Source: a virus
Reading direction: 5' to 3' (one strand)
Virus record (IMG/VR): IMGVR_UViG_3300025530_000275
Span: 62,101 to 126,100 of that record
Length of the DNA: 64,000 bases
Part shown: positions 9,026 through 19,364 of the stretch, one piece after another
Layout: every line of letters begins with the position of its first letter
Position numbering within the stretch: the first letter of the stretch is position 1
Position numbers and translations under genes: made by a program
Notes under the pieces: model-generated
The model's database searches: none
Seen by the model: only the letters and a program-made list of their open reading frames with translations
What the model was told of the DNA's origin: nothing

Positions 9026-10519
9026 TCAAAACATTTCTATCAATCTAATCGTTTCATCAATGATCATGTTTTCATTGATTTCAATGTCGACACCAAGAAG
9101 ATCTTTATTTTGATGATCAACATAAGTTAGTGGATTATTGATGAATGTACCGATATATTTGATGATAATGTTCTCATTGATACTGGAGGACACATCTTTA
9201 TATTGCTTCATAAGATTATAATATCTTGGAAAAGATTTAATCTTGGCCAATTTCTTAGCCCCGATTTTTCTTCCCTTAATACGATTAGAGGGTTTACCAG
9301 TAATAAGATTAGGTACGACCCTAAACCCTCTTCTATAGAGTTCTTCTTTCATAATGATTATCAGTTTAATAAAGTCTTTTCGTTTAATAAACTTCATATT
9401 CTCTAAGCCTTTAAAGTCGTCCGCAAAGAATTGGAGTACCATGTTAGTTTGAGTCATGGACATATCGAGATTCTTTTCGTAAAATTCCATGTCCTCATCC
9501 TTAATCTCTACTCCATATTGTTGTATAAGTTTCTGGATCTTATGTTTACTTCCTTCAGATGATATAATAATATCCCGCTCATCAATTCTAGCAGCATTCA
9601 TTTCCAGTTGTTCAAGACCAGACATTTTGCTATCAGATCTTTTTGTATTGATGTCTGAATAGTCGTGAGTATCTTTTCCTTCTATAGTATACTTTAATGC
9701 ACCTCTGATGCCTACATAGTTCAAGTTTATAAGTATTTTATCAAACTCATATTTATATAGTAAATCCTGAATAATCATTTTGGTTATTCTAGTTTTCTCA
9801 GAGGCCGGAGTGATACCTTTATTTTTATTTCTCTTCCACATACCGCTATCGGTATGTGTGGAATTCTCCACAATTTTGTCAACGGTTGCATAAAGTTTAT
9901 TATAAATATTAGTGTCTTCTTCGAATAATGGAAAGAGTGCATAGAAGCAGTGATAAAGATACTTCTTCATCACTATATCTTCTACCATATCTTTTCTAAC
10001 TGAATAATAGTGAGAAATGATTGGTATAATAATTTTGATAGCAGTGCTAATAGCCATAAGAATCTTTCCATGTTTATTAGTGAACTGATATGGGTTCTCC
10101 TTATATTTTTCATCTTTATCAGACGAAACCTCAAGGTCAACCCTATATTGTTCCTCAACAAATAGCTTTACTTTTTGAACCATAGATTCGCTAAACATTT
10201 TGTTTACAATATCATTAATAAAGCTTTTGAACGTATAAGTAAGATTCTTGAGGTCTATCATCACCTTCATATTAATGTAACAAGTGATAAGTTCTTTATC
10301 CGGGTCATAATAATTCATGAAAATATTAATCGTGTCACAAATGAGTTTTCCTTTCTTATAAAAGGCCGGACGGGGGATGTAAAAGATGTTTAGACCTCTC
10401 TTCTCAATGTTAGGAAAAACTTTCTCAAAATCACAAATAAAAGTATCCCTTTTTCCAAGACGAAACAGAGTAGTTTCATTAGTTAAATACTTATGCGGTT
10501 TACAGACATCGGCTCTCAT
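9026..10519 (-). CDS. putative promoter-specificity (sigma-like) subunit of non-virion RNAP, AR9 gp226/phiKZ gp68-like
   Basis: ~500 aa helical protein under an early motif (10556); QFTNKHGKILMAISTAIKIIIPIISHY resembles the conserved block of this family as I recall it; lies two genes from the chaperonin, as AR9 gp226 does from gp228; start MRADV at 10519 after GAGGGG. Confidence 0.55.
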   Translation of the reverse strand: MRADVCKPHKYLTNETTLFRLGKRDTFICDFEKVFPNIEKRGLNIFYIPRPAFYKKGKLICDTINIFMNYYDPDKELITCYINMKVMIDLKNLTYTFKSFINDIVNKMFSESMVQKVKLFVEEQYRVDLEVSSDKDEKYKENPYQFTNKHGKILMAISTAIKIIIPIISHYYSVRKDMVEDIVMKKYLYHCFYALFPLFEEDTNIYNKLYATVDKIVENSTHTDSGMWKRNKNKGITPASEKTRITKMIIQDLLYKYEFDKILINLNYVGIRGALKYTIEGKDTHDYSDINTKRSDSKMSGLEQLEMNAARIDERDIIISSEGSKHKIQKLIQQYGVEIKDEDMEFYEKNLDMSMTQTNMVLQFFADDFKGLENMKFIKRKDFIKLIIIMKEELYRRGFRVVPNLITGKPSNRIKGRKIGAKKLAKIKSFPRYYNLMKQYKDVSSSINENIIIKYIGTFINNPLTYVDHQNKDLLGVDIEINENMIIDETIRLIEMF

Positions 10520-10619
10520 TCGTTCACATTTCCCCTCATCTTTCTTCACTACAGTAATAATATATATTTCTCATAAAAAACATAAGAGAACTGCCCTCCC
10601 GTCAGTTCTCTTATGTTTA

Positions 10620-11396
10620 TTAAATACGTTTTGCCCGTTTTGCTGTGGACGCCTTTTTCGCCCTAACTGAAATTGAAGCCGTTTTTGGTTTAGCGTCGTT
10701 TTTCTTCACAGCATCAATAGTATGTTCTCTTCCACGTATTTTTTCACGCTGTTCTTTTTTCTGTTGTTCGCGCTGCTTTTTCTTCTCAGCAGATTTTTTC
10801 TTTTGATCAATTTCTTTAGCTTTCATTATTTCAGAAAATTCTTTTAATTCTTTCAATAACTCCCTAAGATTTAACTTTGATGAAAATCTATCTACATCAT
10901 CAATACTAACAAAATTGTCCTTTATATATTTACAGGCATAATAAATACTCTTCTCAAGACCGAGTAGTCTATGAGGGTTTCTTACTTCAGCAAGCTCTTT
11001 TACTGCCTGTGAGGGCAACATTCCTCTTAATTCATCTATCAGCATCTTATTTCTCCTAAATGTGTTAGCGAAAGTGAACACAAATGAAGGAGAATTGCTG
11101 ATAGCTTTCATGGGCCAATTTAAGAAGTTTGCATCTTTAGATTGAAAAGACCTATCAATTTTGATTACAATATCATAGTATAAGTCCGGAGTAGTCTCAG
11201 ATGGAATTAATAAATGGAAATAATAGGCATTCCGATGATTATAAATATGAGTTTGAAATTTTTCATGGATATCAAGTAATGCCTCATATCTTGCATCATA
11301 TTCATTTTTAACTATTCTTAAAGAGCCAGCAGCTGACCCTTTTCCCAGGGGATTATTTATATACTGATTGATACTTAAAGTCATTAATTTCACCAC
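10620..11396 (-). CDS. conserved jumbo-phage hypothetical protein with basic C-terminus
   Basis: 258 aa ORF; late motif at 11407-11418. Confidence 0.65.
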   Translation of the reverse strand: MVKLMTLSINQYINNPLGKGSAAGSLRIVKNEYDARYEALLDIHEKFQTHIYNHRNAYYFHLLIPSETTPDLYYDIVIKIDRSFQSKDANFLNWPMKAISNSPSFVFTFANTFRRNKMLIDELRGMLPSQAVKELAEVRNPHRLLGLEKSIYYACKYIKDNFVSIDDVDRFSSKLNLRELLKELKEFSEIMKAKEIDQKKKSAEKKKQREQQKKEQREKIRGREHTIDAVKKNDAKPKTASISVRAKKASTAKRAKRI

Positions 11397-11474
11397 CTAT
11401 TAGTATTAATGAGGTGTTCCCTACAGGAATAGATATAAAGGGATGGATAATAGTTATCCATCCCTTGTTTTTAA

Positions 11475-13235
11475 TTACAAAGTGGCGTCCCACTCATTAT
11501 AAATGTCTGTCATAATTGTATTGGAGGTTGCCAATACAAGCGCGGAATCGATAGCCTGTTCCACAATAAGAATATCAGTAGCAGCAGGGTTAATAATAAC
11601 ATTTGCAAATTCATCATCAGATGCAAGATTTACAACTACAAAAACAGGATGATTTTCAAATTGAGTATCTACAGAAATTACAGTATTACCATTATCGTTA
11701 ATAGTAATTCTCTCATACGCATCCGCTGTCAAAATATACTGGAAAAATTCATCATCATTGGATAACGTGACTCTATTAGAGATAAGCTTTCTGTATACTT
11801 CAAGATATGCCTTGAGAATGATTTTCAAAAGATCTGAATATACATTATTCATGCTAGGATCTGCTTTATATTGTTGAATAAGAAGTTGATAGATTACGTT
11901 CATAGTAGAAATATTACACCCAGCAAAAAATCCAGTCTTTAATGCAGACTGAAGGGCTTTAATTCCATCTTCCGCAAGACGATAATTGATCGTTTTTCTT
12001 TGAGTTGTATCGCCGCCAACGAAGATGGTTGTTGTACCATGCTTCAATCTTGCAATACGAGCTTTAAGTCTATTGATTTCACGCTGAGCTTCCAATGCTT
12101 CATCCTTTGACACATTGGGATTCTCATTGAGATACTCAAGTTCCAGAATTTTATCTTCGATAGATTTGATATGATTATCAAGCTCTTGAGATTGTTTAAA
12201 TCCTGCAAGCGTTACTTTCTTGTCCTTAATCAGAACATTTTCCGCGTAACCTTTATTAATAGTACCAATAGTTTCTTTAGTCAGCTCAAGTCCTTCTTCG
12301 AGATATGCACAACCAGAAGATTTAATAAGATCATAGAAAGTATCTTTATCTTGAAGAATATTTGCAGTGCTATATACAACGGCCATATTATGCAAATATT
12401 CAGGTTGACGTTGAGAAAGGGCCTCGATAAATCTCAGGAAATTTTCATTCTTTATTCCAGAGCAAATGATTAAGAGAGATTTCCCGTTAAGTTTAAGATG
12501 GTTAGCATAGTCTACGATATCGTTATTGATCGTAAGAGCTCCATCAACTACAATAATTTCAACGTTTTTGAGCTTACAAGTTTCGATATCGTAGTTATTA
12601 AATGCTTGATTGATGACACGACCTTTGATGGTCATACCTTTAGTATTAGAGTAATAAGTAGAATCGCTAGAGCTATAGTCGAGTACAATATTTGTATCCT
12701 CAAAATTTTCAAGATTCTCATATACTTCAATAATTACATCAGTCAATTCTTTATTTCTATCCGTAGACGTATATACGAGATGAAATGCATCATCTTTAGA
12801 TTCGATTTTAGATGCAGCGTTTTTCAACAATCCTACGATGCCTCGTTGAATATGTTGTGCTGCATTATAAATAGAAGACGGTGTGTATTTCTTCCAGATT
12901 TCGCGATTTTCGCGAAGTTGTTTATATACCTGTGCCATGATGAGGACGGCAGATGTTGTACCGTCACCGACAATAGTAGCCTGTCGCTGAGCAACTTCAA
13001 TTGCCATTTGATGAACGGTGCGCGCAATGCTGCTGTCCATTTTCATCATCGTAAGATTTTCAAGGCCGTCTTTGGATGATTTGATTTCACCTGGGCCGAG
13101 CATAAAGATATTATGAGTACCACCAGGTCCATACGTTGCACCGACTGTATTGGTGATAATATCAAATACGTGAGATACAGTCCCGTGAAATGTTGCCGGA
13201 TTACAGATATTTTGTTTGAAGTACTCTCTGTCCAT
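11475..13235 (-). CDS. groEL: GroEL-like phage chaperonin
   Basis: TYGPGG, SKDG, VGDGTTSA, EDGIKA motifs; 586 aa. Confidence 0.92.
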   Translation of the reverse strand: MDREYFKQNICNPATFHGTVSHVFDIITNTVGATYGPGGTHNIFMLGPGEIKSSKDGLENLTMMKMDSSIARTVHQMAIEVAQRQATIVGDGTTSAVLIMAQVYKQLRENREIWKKYTPSSIYNAAQHIQRGIVGLLKNAASKIESKDDAFHLVYTSTDRNKELTDVIIEVYENLENFEDTNIVLDYSSSDSTYYSNTKGMTIKGRVINQAFNNYDIETCKLKNVEIIVVDGALTINNDIVDYANHLKLNGKSLLIICSGIKNENFLRFIEALSQRQPEYLHNMAVVYSTANILQDKDTFYDLIKSSGCAYLEEGLELTKETIGTINKGYAENVLIKDKKVTLAGFKQSQELDNHIKSIEDKILELEYLNENPNVSKDEALEAQREINRLKARIARLKHGTTTIFVGGDTTQRKTINYRLAEDGIKALQSALKTGFFAGCNISTMNVIYQLLIQQYKADPSMNNVYSDLLKIILKAYLEVYRKLISNRVTLSNDDEFFQYILTADAYERITINDNGNTVISVDTQFENHPVFVVVNLASDDEFANVIINPAATDILIVEQAIDSALVLATSNTIMTDIYNEWDATL

Positions 13236-13257
13236 TCAAATCTCTCCTTTTTTATGA

Positions 13258-13944
13258 TTAAAATATAATATTATCGGATTCATCTGTGGCTAAAAGGTTA
13301 ACTATCCCAAAAAGAAATTGTTTTTCGTCTCTTAAATCCATAATTTCTGGTATCTTGAGAAATAATGCTTCATCTTCTTCCCGGTAATTATAACCAATTT
13401 TGGAAAGTAAATATGTGAATAGTCGAGAATCCATTTCAGGATGTTCAACTATATTTTTCATCATTTCAATATCATGAAGAAATAAACAAGTCATTTGATT
13501 TTCATTGATGTATCTAACAACTTGATTCACATCAAAGATATCAAACAATGGTTCTTTAATTTCTGGAAAAACCTCCTGCACATTTATACTCACAGGAGAA
13601 GCTATATGAATTTCTTTTATAAAACTTTGTCCCAATAGAATATTCAAATAATATTGTAAATAAGCAATTGGTGATTCATCAGTTATTTCTTTAAAATTTG
13701 CTTTAATAAAGTTAAAATAGAACTCTTCCTCTATAGTTTTATCAATAATTCTTGCAGTATTTTTATTAGCGAATTGTAATACATTCACAATATATTCAGT
13801 ATCATCATATTTAGAGAATGGATTATCAATACCATGCTTATTTTTCATAAAATTTAAAAATCCTACGGACTGGAGTAGAATTGTATTATAATTCAAAATA
13901 AGAATTCTCTGTTGTTCTTCTTTCCCCTCAAATACTTTTAACAT
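13258..13944 (-). CDS. hypothetical protein
   Basis: 228 aa ORF with GGAGGTGG RBS. Confidence 0.7.
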   Translation of the reverse strand: MLKVFEGKEEQQRILILNYNTILLQSVGFLNFMKNKHGIDNPFSKYDDTEYIVNVLQFANKNTARIIDKTIEEEFYFNFIKANFKEITDESPIAYLQYYLNILLGQSFIKEIHIASPVSINVQEVFPEIKEPLFDIFDVNQVVRYINENQMTCLFLHDIEMMKNIVEHPEMDSRLFTYLLSKIGYNYREEDEALFLKIPEIMDLRDEKQFLFGIVNLLATDESDNIIF

Positions 13945-13983
13945 ACAATTCCACCTCCTTTATTAGAAAAAAGAAGGAGAGTA

Positions 13984-14826
13984 TTACTCTCCCTCTGTCA
14001 TTTGAGAAATGATTTTCTCCAGCTCATCACCAGTAGGATCAGTCACTTCAATTTCTTCACTGAAACTTGGAAGACCGCTTCGGTTAGATACGTTATTGGC
14101 ACTACCCGACCATCCAGATTGACGATCTCCACCGCCGCGACCGGAATTTAACGGTTTAGACAGATCGACATTAAGAGCAACCATCATAGAATAAATAGAT
14201 TGTTCGAGCCGACGTTGCTGATAGCGATTTTCGTGGTTTTGAGCATGTGTATATCCATTCGTCATCGCTTTAGCAAAATCAAGCATCGCATCCAAGAAAT
14301 ATTCGAATTCCGAATTATTTTCTTCGATCGAATACGTCCCGCTAGTAGGCTCATAATCTTTAACAATTTTATCTTGATTGAAAACATGAACCAGATATTC
14401 TTCAGTGCGTTTGTTATCATCCATGTTTGTATAGATGACCACACAGATATCATTAGGATTAACTTCGCCTGTAAGATGCTTCAATTTTTTCTTCAGATCT
14501 CTTGCCAATGCAAATTGGAGAAGCCCTCGTTTCAAAGGAATCCCGAATTCTTCAAAATTTCCAGTCTCTTCGAATTTCCGAAGAACCTTAATTCCTTTTT
14601 TGTGAAGAGCTTTGCAGTCTCTAGGTTGAAGATATGCAAAAGCTCCATTTTTGTAATCAAATTGCAAATAATCTTTATTCGTATCAGGATTCTTTAACGG
14701 GAGGTGAATTCCAATCGCGGCAGTAGATTCAAAATATCTTACTGTCAAACAGGTTTGAGTGTCATAGTTAACACTCTTGAACCCGAATGTTTGAACAGTT
14801 GGCCGACGTTCATTATTTTGCTGCAT
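13984..14826 (-). CDS. putative single-stranded DNA-binding protein
   Basis: Beta-rich N-domain, Gly/Asn linker and acidic tail; inference only. Confidence 0.4.
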   Translation of the reverse strand: MQQNNERRPTVQTFGFKSVNYDTQTCLTVRYFESTAAIGIHLPLKNPDTNKDYLQFDYKNGAFAYLQPRDCKALHKKGIKVLRKFEETGNFEEFGIPLKRGLLQFALARDLKKKLKHLTGEVNPNDICVVIYTNMDDNKRTEEYLVHVFNQDKIVKDYEPTSGTYSIEENNSEFEYFLDAMLDFAKAMTNGYTHAQNHENRYQQRRLEQSIYSMMVALNVDLSKPLNSGRGGGDRQSGWSGSANNVSNRSGLPSFSEEIEVTDPTGDELEKIISQMTEGE

Positions 14827-14937
14827 TTTTTATTCTCCTTTTCGTTAAATTAAATCTAATTATGGGTTTATTTTATAATGAAATATTACAATTCGTACAT
14901 TTTTGGAGCAACTTTTAAATAATTAACTGTAAAAGGG

Positions 14938-15312
14938 GTGATAAAAATGTACGACTCTGAATTTATTTCAGATTCATTATTCACGTTTGATACTCTTAAA
15001 ACTATAGGTGGGGCATCATTGCTCTGCTTCCTTATAGTTGCTTACACTAAAGATATAATTGATAGATTTATTCCATGGCTTCCTACTAACGCTTATTCGT
15101 TACTCGTGGCTTCAATTATCCTCCTTCTTGTACAAATAAATGACGATCCTTCATGTTTGACAAAATGGCAAACGTATTTTTTATCATTTGCTAATGGATT
15201 TTTAGTTTCAGCTGCTGCTAGCCATACTAATGAACTGGGTGTCCGATTTCCCAAACTTAAAAGAAAAATTAAAAGAAATGATGAAAATCTTAATGAGAAA
15301 AATTCTGAATAA
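14938..15312 (+). CDS. holin-like membrane protein
   Basis: Three hydrophobic segments and a basic C-terminus. Confidence 0.55.
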   Translation: MIKMYDSEFISDSLFTFDTLKTIGGASLLCFLIVAYTKDIIDRFIPWLPTNAYSLLVASIILLLVQINDDPSCLTKWQTYFLSFANGFLVSAAASHTNELGVRFPKLKRKIKRNDENLNEKNSE

Positions 15313-15375
15313 TAAATGTAAAATCAAATAAGACTAGGAGGATTTACCTCCTAGTCTTCTAAATAGTTTTTTTTC

Positions 15376-18300
15376 TTAGCCAATTTCTACAATATTAGAA
15401 ATGTATTTACCAGATGCTGTTTTATAAACAGATTTGATTCCAAGACAATCCAAAATTGGTTCGATAAGATTCATATACTTCTGAACCATTGTCTCTACAT
15501 CCATTATTTTGAGCAACCATTTTGGGACCTCATGATCTAAAGGAATGGCAATCTGTGTAATCCCGCTTTTTAGATTTGGGTCCTTCAGAACTTCAACTAT
15601 TTTCTCAAACATTTCTCTATCTTCAACTGAAAGAATAGCTATATCTTTTGGAGATTTTATATCTACCTTTATTAAATTTACTACTGCCGGAAGTTCAATC
15701 TCCCAGTCAGGATATAGAGAATTCCATATATAAACTGCTTTAAATTGACCAATACTGAATGGATCTTTATATGCATCCAAAGTGTTAACTTTAGATAGAC
15801 TTAACAGTTCTTTATCGCCTGTAAGAAGATTCTTCCTGATATCTTCTTCGAGCTTCAAAAATTTCTTTAGAGCTTTTTGGATATCAACTTTATCAGATAC
15901 TATATGTTTGAAGATTATAGATTCGATTTCTTTCCTTAGCCTCTCTGGAGCTGCGGAGATTTTCATGAAATCGAAACCTTTAACATCTGTAATACCTTTC
16001 GGGAAGTATTTACCTTCCTGAAGTTTATAGTTTGAAAGATATCTTTTCTTACCCTCACCAACCAGAAGTGAGGTGAAATAGAACTCATTCTTAAACACAT
16101 AAGTCCCAAGAGGAGCCTTATCCACATTTGTAATTTTCTCAAATTTCTTAAGAGATCTTGAAATAGCTTCAGTTAAAATTACGGCAATAATATTAATAAT
16201 CTTCAATTTATAGCTTTCAGATATTCTTTCGTCTTCTCCATTTTTAACAATTTTTACTCTTTCTACTTTATCCCCAATAATCTTATCAATATGATCTTTA
16301 AGAGATCTTACAGTTATAATATTCGAGTCTGTATCAATGACCACTACTGAGTTTCTAGGGCTTTTTATGAGCCTTTCCACTCGACCATAATAGTGATAAT
16401 TGTAATGACAATATTCCATAATAATCTCCGTCGCTTCTCTTAAAAATTTAGAAGTACGACGCAGAGGTTCTTCTGGGTTCATAAATGTAGAAGTTTGATT
16501 AATAAACTTTCTCAGAAGTTTTTGTACATAATTGCTTTCAGAAATGAATTTCTTAAGATTATTCTTGTAATATAGTTTATTAAGGGATTCTTGAGGAACG
16601 TTCCTCAAATAATTTTCAAGAAGTTCTTCGTCAAAGTTCTCTATATTTTTACACTTCTTCTTAAGACGTTTCAAAACATCTTTAATAGTTTTATTTTCAT
16701 TTAATATCACAGAATCATCATAACTTGAAGATTCTCTGATGATATTATCACAATAGTGGAATAGTTCATTCATATCATAGAACTGCAATGTATCAGTTAA
16801 GAAGTCTTCAAATAGCGTCATAGCATTACTTATAAGTGTCTGACCTTTACTGGTTACAGATTGGGCAATATGGTAATTGTAGTTAAACGCCGCATTATTC
16901 CCAGAGACGCCATATTCGGAGTTGGCATAAACTTTTTTACGATTTTGCATCAGATCATACAACCTGAATTTATCCATATCACCCGCTTCTTTATAGTTTA
17001 AAGCTTGTTTCTTCAATATCTTTCTCTGTTTGAGAAGATTATCTAATATTAACAGACCAGGTATCAAACCTGACTCATCGTGTCTCTTAAAGAAAGTTCC
17101 AGATTCCGTCATGATTGGACGAACTTCTGCAATCCAATCAATTACAGAAAGTAGTGTAGTTTGATACTCAACGTCGTCATAGTTATTATAAATAGTAGCG
17201 TTTACATCTTTGATATCTCTTTTATATATATACTTTATAAAAGATTTGATATTAGATTCCTTTTTATCTGGAAAAATAGTCTTAAATACACTAACCATTT
17301 TCTCAGACCAATACTCAAAGAATTTATCAGTATTTTTACCTTTATAGTAAACGATAGTATTATCTTTTTTAGACCATTTTTTGTATTCCTCAATGTAATC
17401 CTCAATATTTTTAAGACTAAACCATTTTACACCGAGTTTGATCCAGTCTTGAGTTTCATAATCATCTACAAATTCCCCGCCTCTAAGTGCTGGTGTCGTA
17501 CCATATTCGAGATGAGAAACTTTACCTTTAATAATCAATCGACCATATTGGGTCGACCTCGCAATATTATTTTTAAGCTTGATATTTGGATACATAGCTC
17601 CAGCATCAAGGTCTATACAGTCGGAGAAAAGCCGATTGGATCTCTTGTCGCCAAAAATTTTCTCCCCGGTTCTAGTAAGATTTGTAGGATCACCTACAAG
17701 TGCACCTTTAAGTTTCTCCTCATCTTCTTCATCAATAACCACATCCTCTTGTCTACTATTAGAGATGTAGTCGATATTCATATTATTACCCATAACGTAA
17801 CCTTGTTCAAAATGCCCAAGACTCCAAAGATTTTTCAAAGACACAGTTTGTCTATTCGCCTTATCTATTCTTGTACCAGAATCATATCCTTTGAAGAAGA
17901 TATCATCAATATCTCCAGTTTTTCTTTCAATACCAGCGAGCAGCCAAACGTCATTTATGTTATATAGAACAAAGTTAAAGTATTCTTCAATAACCGCATT
18001 AATTGTATTTGTAGATGATTTATCCCATCTTCTTTTTTGCTCTTTCAGTTCGATTCTAGCAATATTATCAAGAGCATTGGACCCATAGTCTTTACCGCCT
18101 TTACGCCTAGCAGCATAGAACATCATTTGGTCCACGTATTTAGTATAGGAGAGACAATTGAAAGTATCCCCACGGTTCTTAAAATCATTTTTATATTTCT
18201 CATCCAAATGATAATGACACCATGCTGTTTTGAAATCGGGATGAGAAAACAAGACTTCTGGAGGAATTCCAAGATATACTGCTTTCTTATGAATAGTCAA

Positions 18301-19188
18301 AAGGTCATAAGGCATGTTCCAAATACCAGTGAAGTCGGGTTTCATCAAATGCTGAATTTGAAACATCTTGTAGAGCATTTCGATTTGATCATCGAAAAAC
18401 ATTACGTAGTAATCTGCCTCGCCGAATTTATGGTCAAACTCTTCATGACATACTTCAATAAATTTATCCAGATTATCCTCAAATTTTCTCTGTTGAGGAT
18501 ACCTTTTATAGTCTCTATGCAGAAAAGTAAATACTTTGGGTTTGTAATTCTTGTCCAATCCAATATCATAATCATAAATAGTCGTTATAGCAGATATCGG
18601 AGGTTTGCCCCTATCAATATCATACCTAGACGCCCCGTAGATATCAGACTCAATGTCAAGATATGATTTAGTTAATGTATTCTCTTTAGGTTTATAATGA
18701 AGGTTTGCGGTCAAATATACATAATCGAGAATATCATAATCCGAAAAATAGAATCCTTTATGCTTATGGATTTCCTTGATTCCATTCCATTTGCCCAATT
18801 CAAGGGCGCGGTCTATTACCATTTTAACAACTTTATCTTCTTCAGAATTGATATTATCTTTTAAGATATTATACATCGTCTTAGTAAGATTTCTATATGG
18901 GGCTTCCATTCTATCTACTTGGTCCAAAGATAAAAACTCCCGCTGACTCCTAAACTGACTTTGAACCTCTGGTTTGGCCATATAGAAATTTGTGACTGGA
19001 TTAGAAATAATTTGAAGGTTTTTCTTTTTTGTATCAAAATCTCTATACACAATGAATAATTGATCGTCGGTATAAGAACCATCTTCAAGTTTTCTAGGTT
19101 TCAAATATTGTACGTTTGTGATAAGAATATTATCTTTTCCTTCTGGCAAATTCAAAAGGGGTTTTGGTAGTTTGTCATAAAAATCCAT
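15376..19188 (-). CDS. family B DNA polymerase, single chain
   Basis: Exo motifs YLDIE, WNMPYD, YNINDV; polymerase motif A DLDAGAMYP, motif B KVYANSEYG, motif C IDTDS. Confidence 0.93.
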   Translation of the reverse strand: MDFYDKLPKPLLNLPEGKDNILITNVQYLKPRKLEDGSYTDDQLFIVYRDFDTKKKNLQIISNPVTNFYMAKPEVQSQFRSQREFLSLDQVDRMEAPYRNLTKTMYNILKDNINSEEDKVVKMVIDRALELGKWNGIKEIHKHKGFYFSDYDILDYVYLTANLHYKPKENTLTKSYLDIESDIYGASRYDIDRGKPPISAITTIYDYDIGLDKNYKPKVFTFLHRDYKRYPQQRKFEDNLDKFIEVCHEEFDHKFGEADYYVMFFDDQIEMLYKMFQIQHLMKPDFTGIWNMPYDLLTIHKKAVYLGIPPEVLFSHPDFKTAWCHYHLDEKYKNDFKNRGDTFNCLSYTKYVDQMMFYAARRKGGKDYGSNALDNIARIELKEQKRRWDKSSTNTINAVIEEYFNFVLYNINDVWLLAGIERKTGDIDDIFFKGYDSGTRIDKANRQTVSLKNLWSLGHFEQGYVMGNNMNIDYISNSRQEDVVIDEEDEEKLKGALVGDPTNLTRTGEKIFGDKRSNRLFSDCIDLDAGAMYPNIKLKNNIARSTQYGRLIIKGKVSHLEYGTTPALRGGEFVDDYETQDWIKLGVKWFSLKNIEDYIEEYKKWSKKDNTIVYYKGKNTDKFFEYWSEKMVSVFKTIFPDKKESNIKSFIKYIYKRDIKDVNATIYNNYDDVEYQTTLLSVIDWIAEVRPIMTESGTFFKRHDESGLIPGLLILDNLLKQRKILKKQALNYKEAGDMDKFRLYDLMQNRKKVYANSEYGVSGNNAAFNYNYHIAQSVTSKGQTLISNAMTLFEDFLTDTLQFYDMNELFHYCDNIIRESSSYDDSVILNENKTIKDVLKRLKKKCKNIENFDEELLENYLRNVPQESLNKLYYKNNLKKFISESNYVQKLLRKFINQTSTFMNPEEPLRRTSKFLREATEIIMEYCHYNYHYYGRVERLIKSPRNSVVVIDTDSNIITVRSLKDHIDKIIGDKVERVKIVKNGEDERISESYKLKIINIIAVILTEAISRSLKKFEKITNVDKAPLGTYVFKNEFYFTSLLVGEGKKRYLSNYKLQEGKYFPKGITDVKGFDFMKISAAPERLRKEIESIIFKHIVSDKVDIQKALKKFLKLEEDIRKNLLTGDKELLSLSKVNTLDAYKDPFSIGQFKAVYIWNSLYPDWEIELPAVVNLIKVDIKSPKDIAILSVEDREMFEKIVEVLKDPNLKSGITQIAIPLDHEVPKWLLKIMDVETMVQKYMNLIEPILDCLGIKSVYKTASGKYISNIVEIG

Positions 19189-19364
19189 TTACAACGCCCT
19201 TTCTTTATATAGACTGTACTAATTAGGGGTTCAAAAAACATTAATTTTATACATTTTATCTTCATTTTAATAATATATATTCATATGATATTTATATTTA
19301 TCTTTACAGTAAAAACAGCAGTATAACCATTACCCAAATTTGTCAAGAGGAGTTGAAAAAATAA

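Noticed and set aside
15376-19188. Intein explaining the polymerase length
   Set aside because: No C/S...HN splice termini or LAGLIDADG blocks seen; CIDLD belongs to motif A
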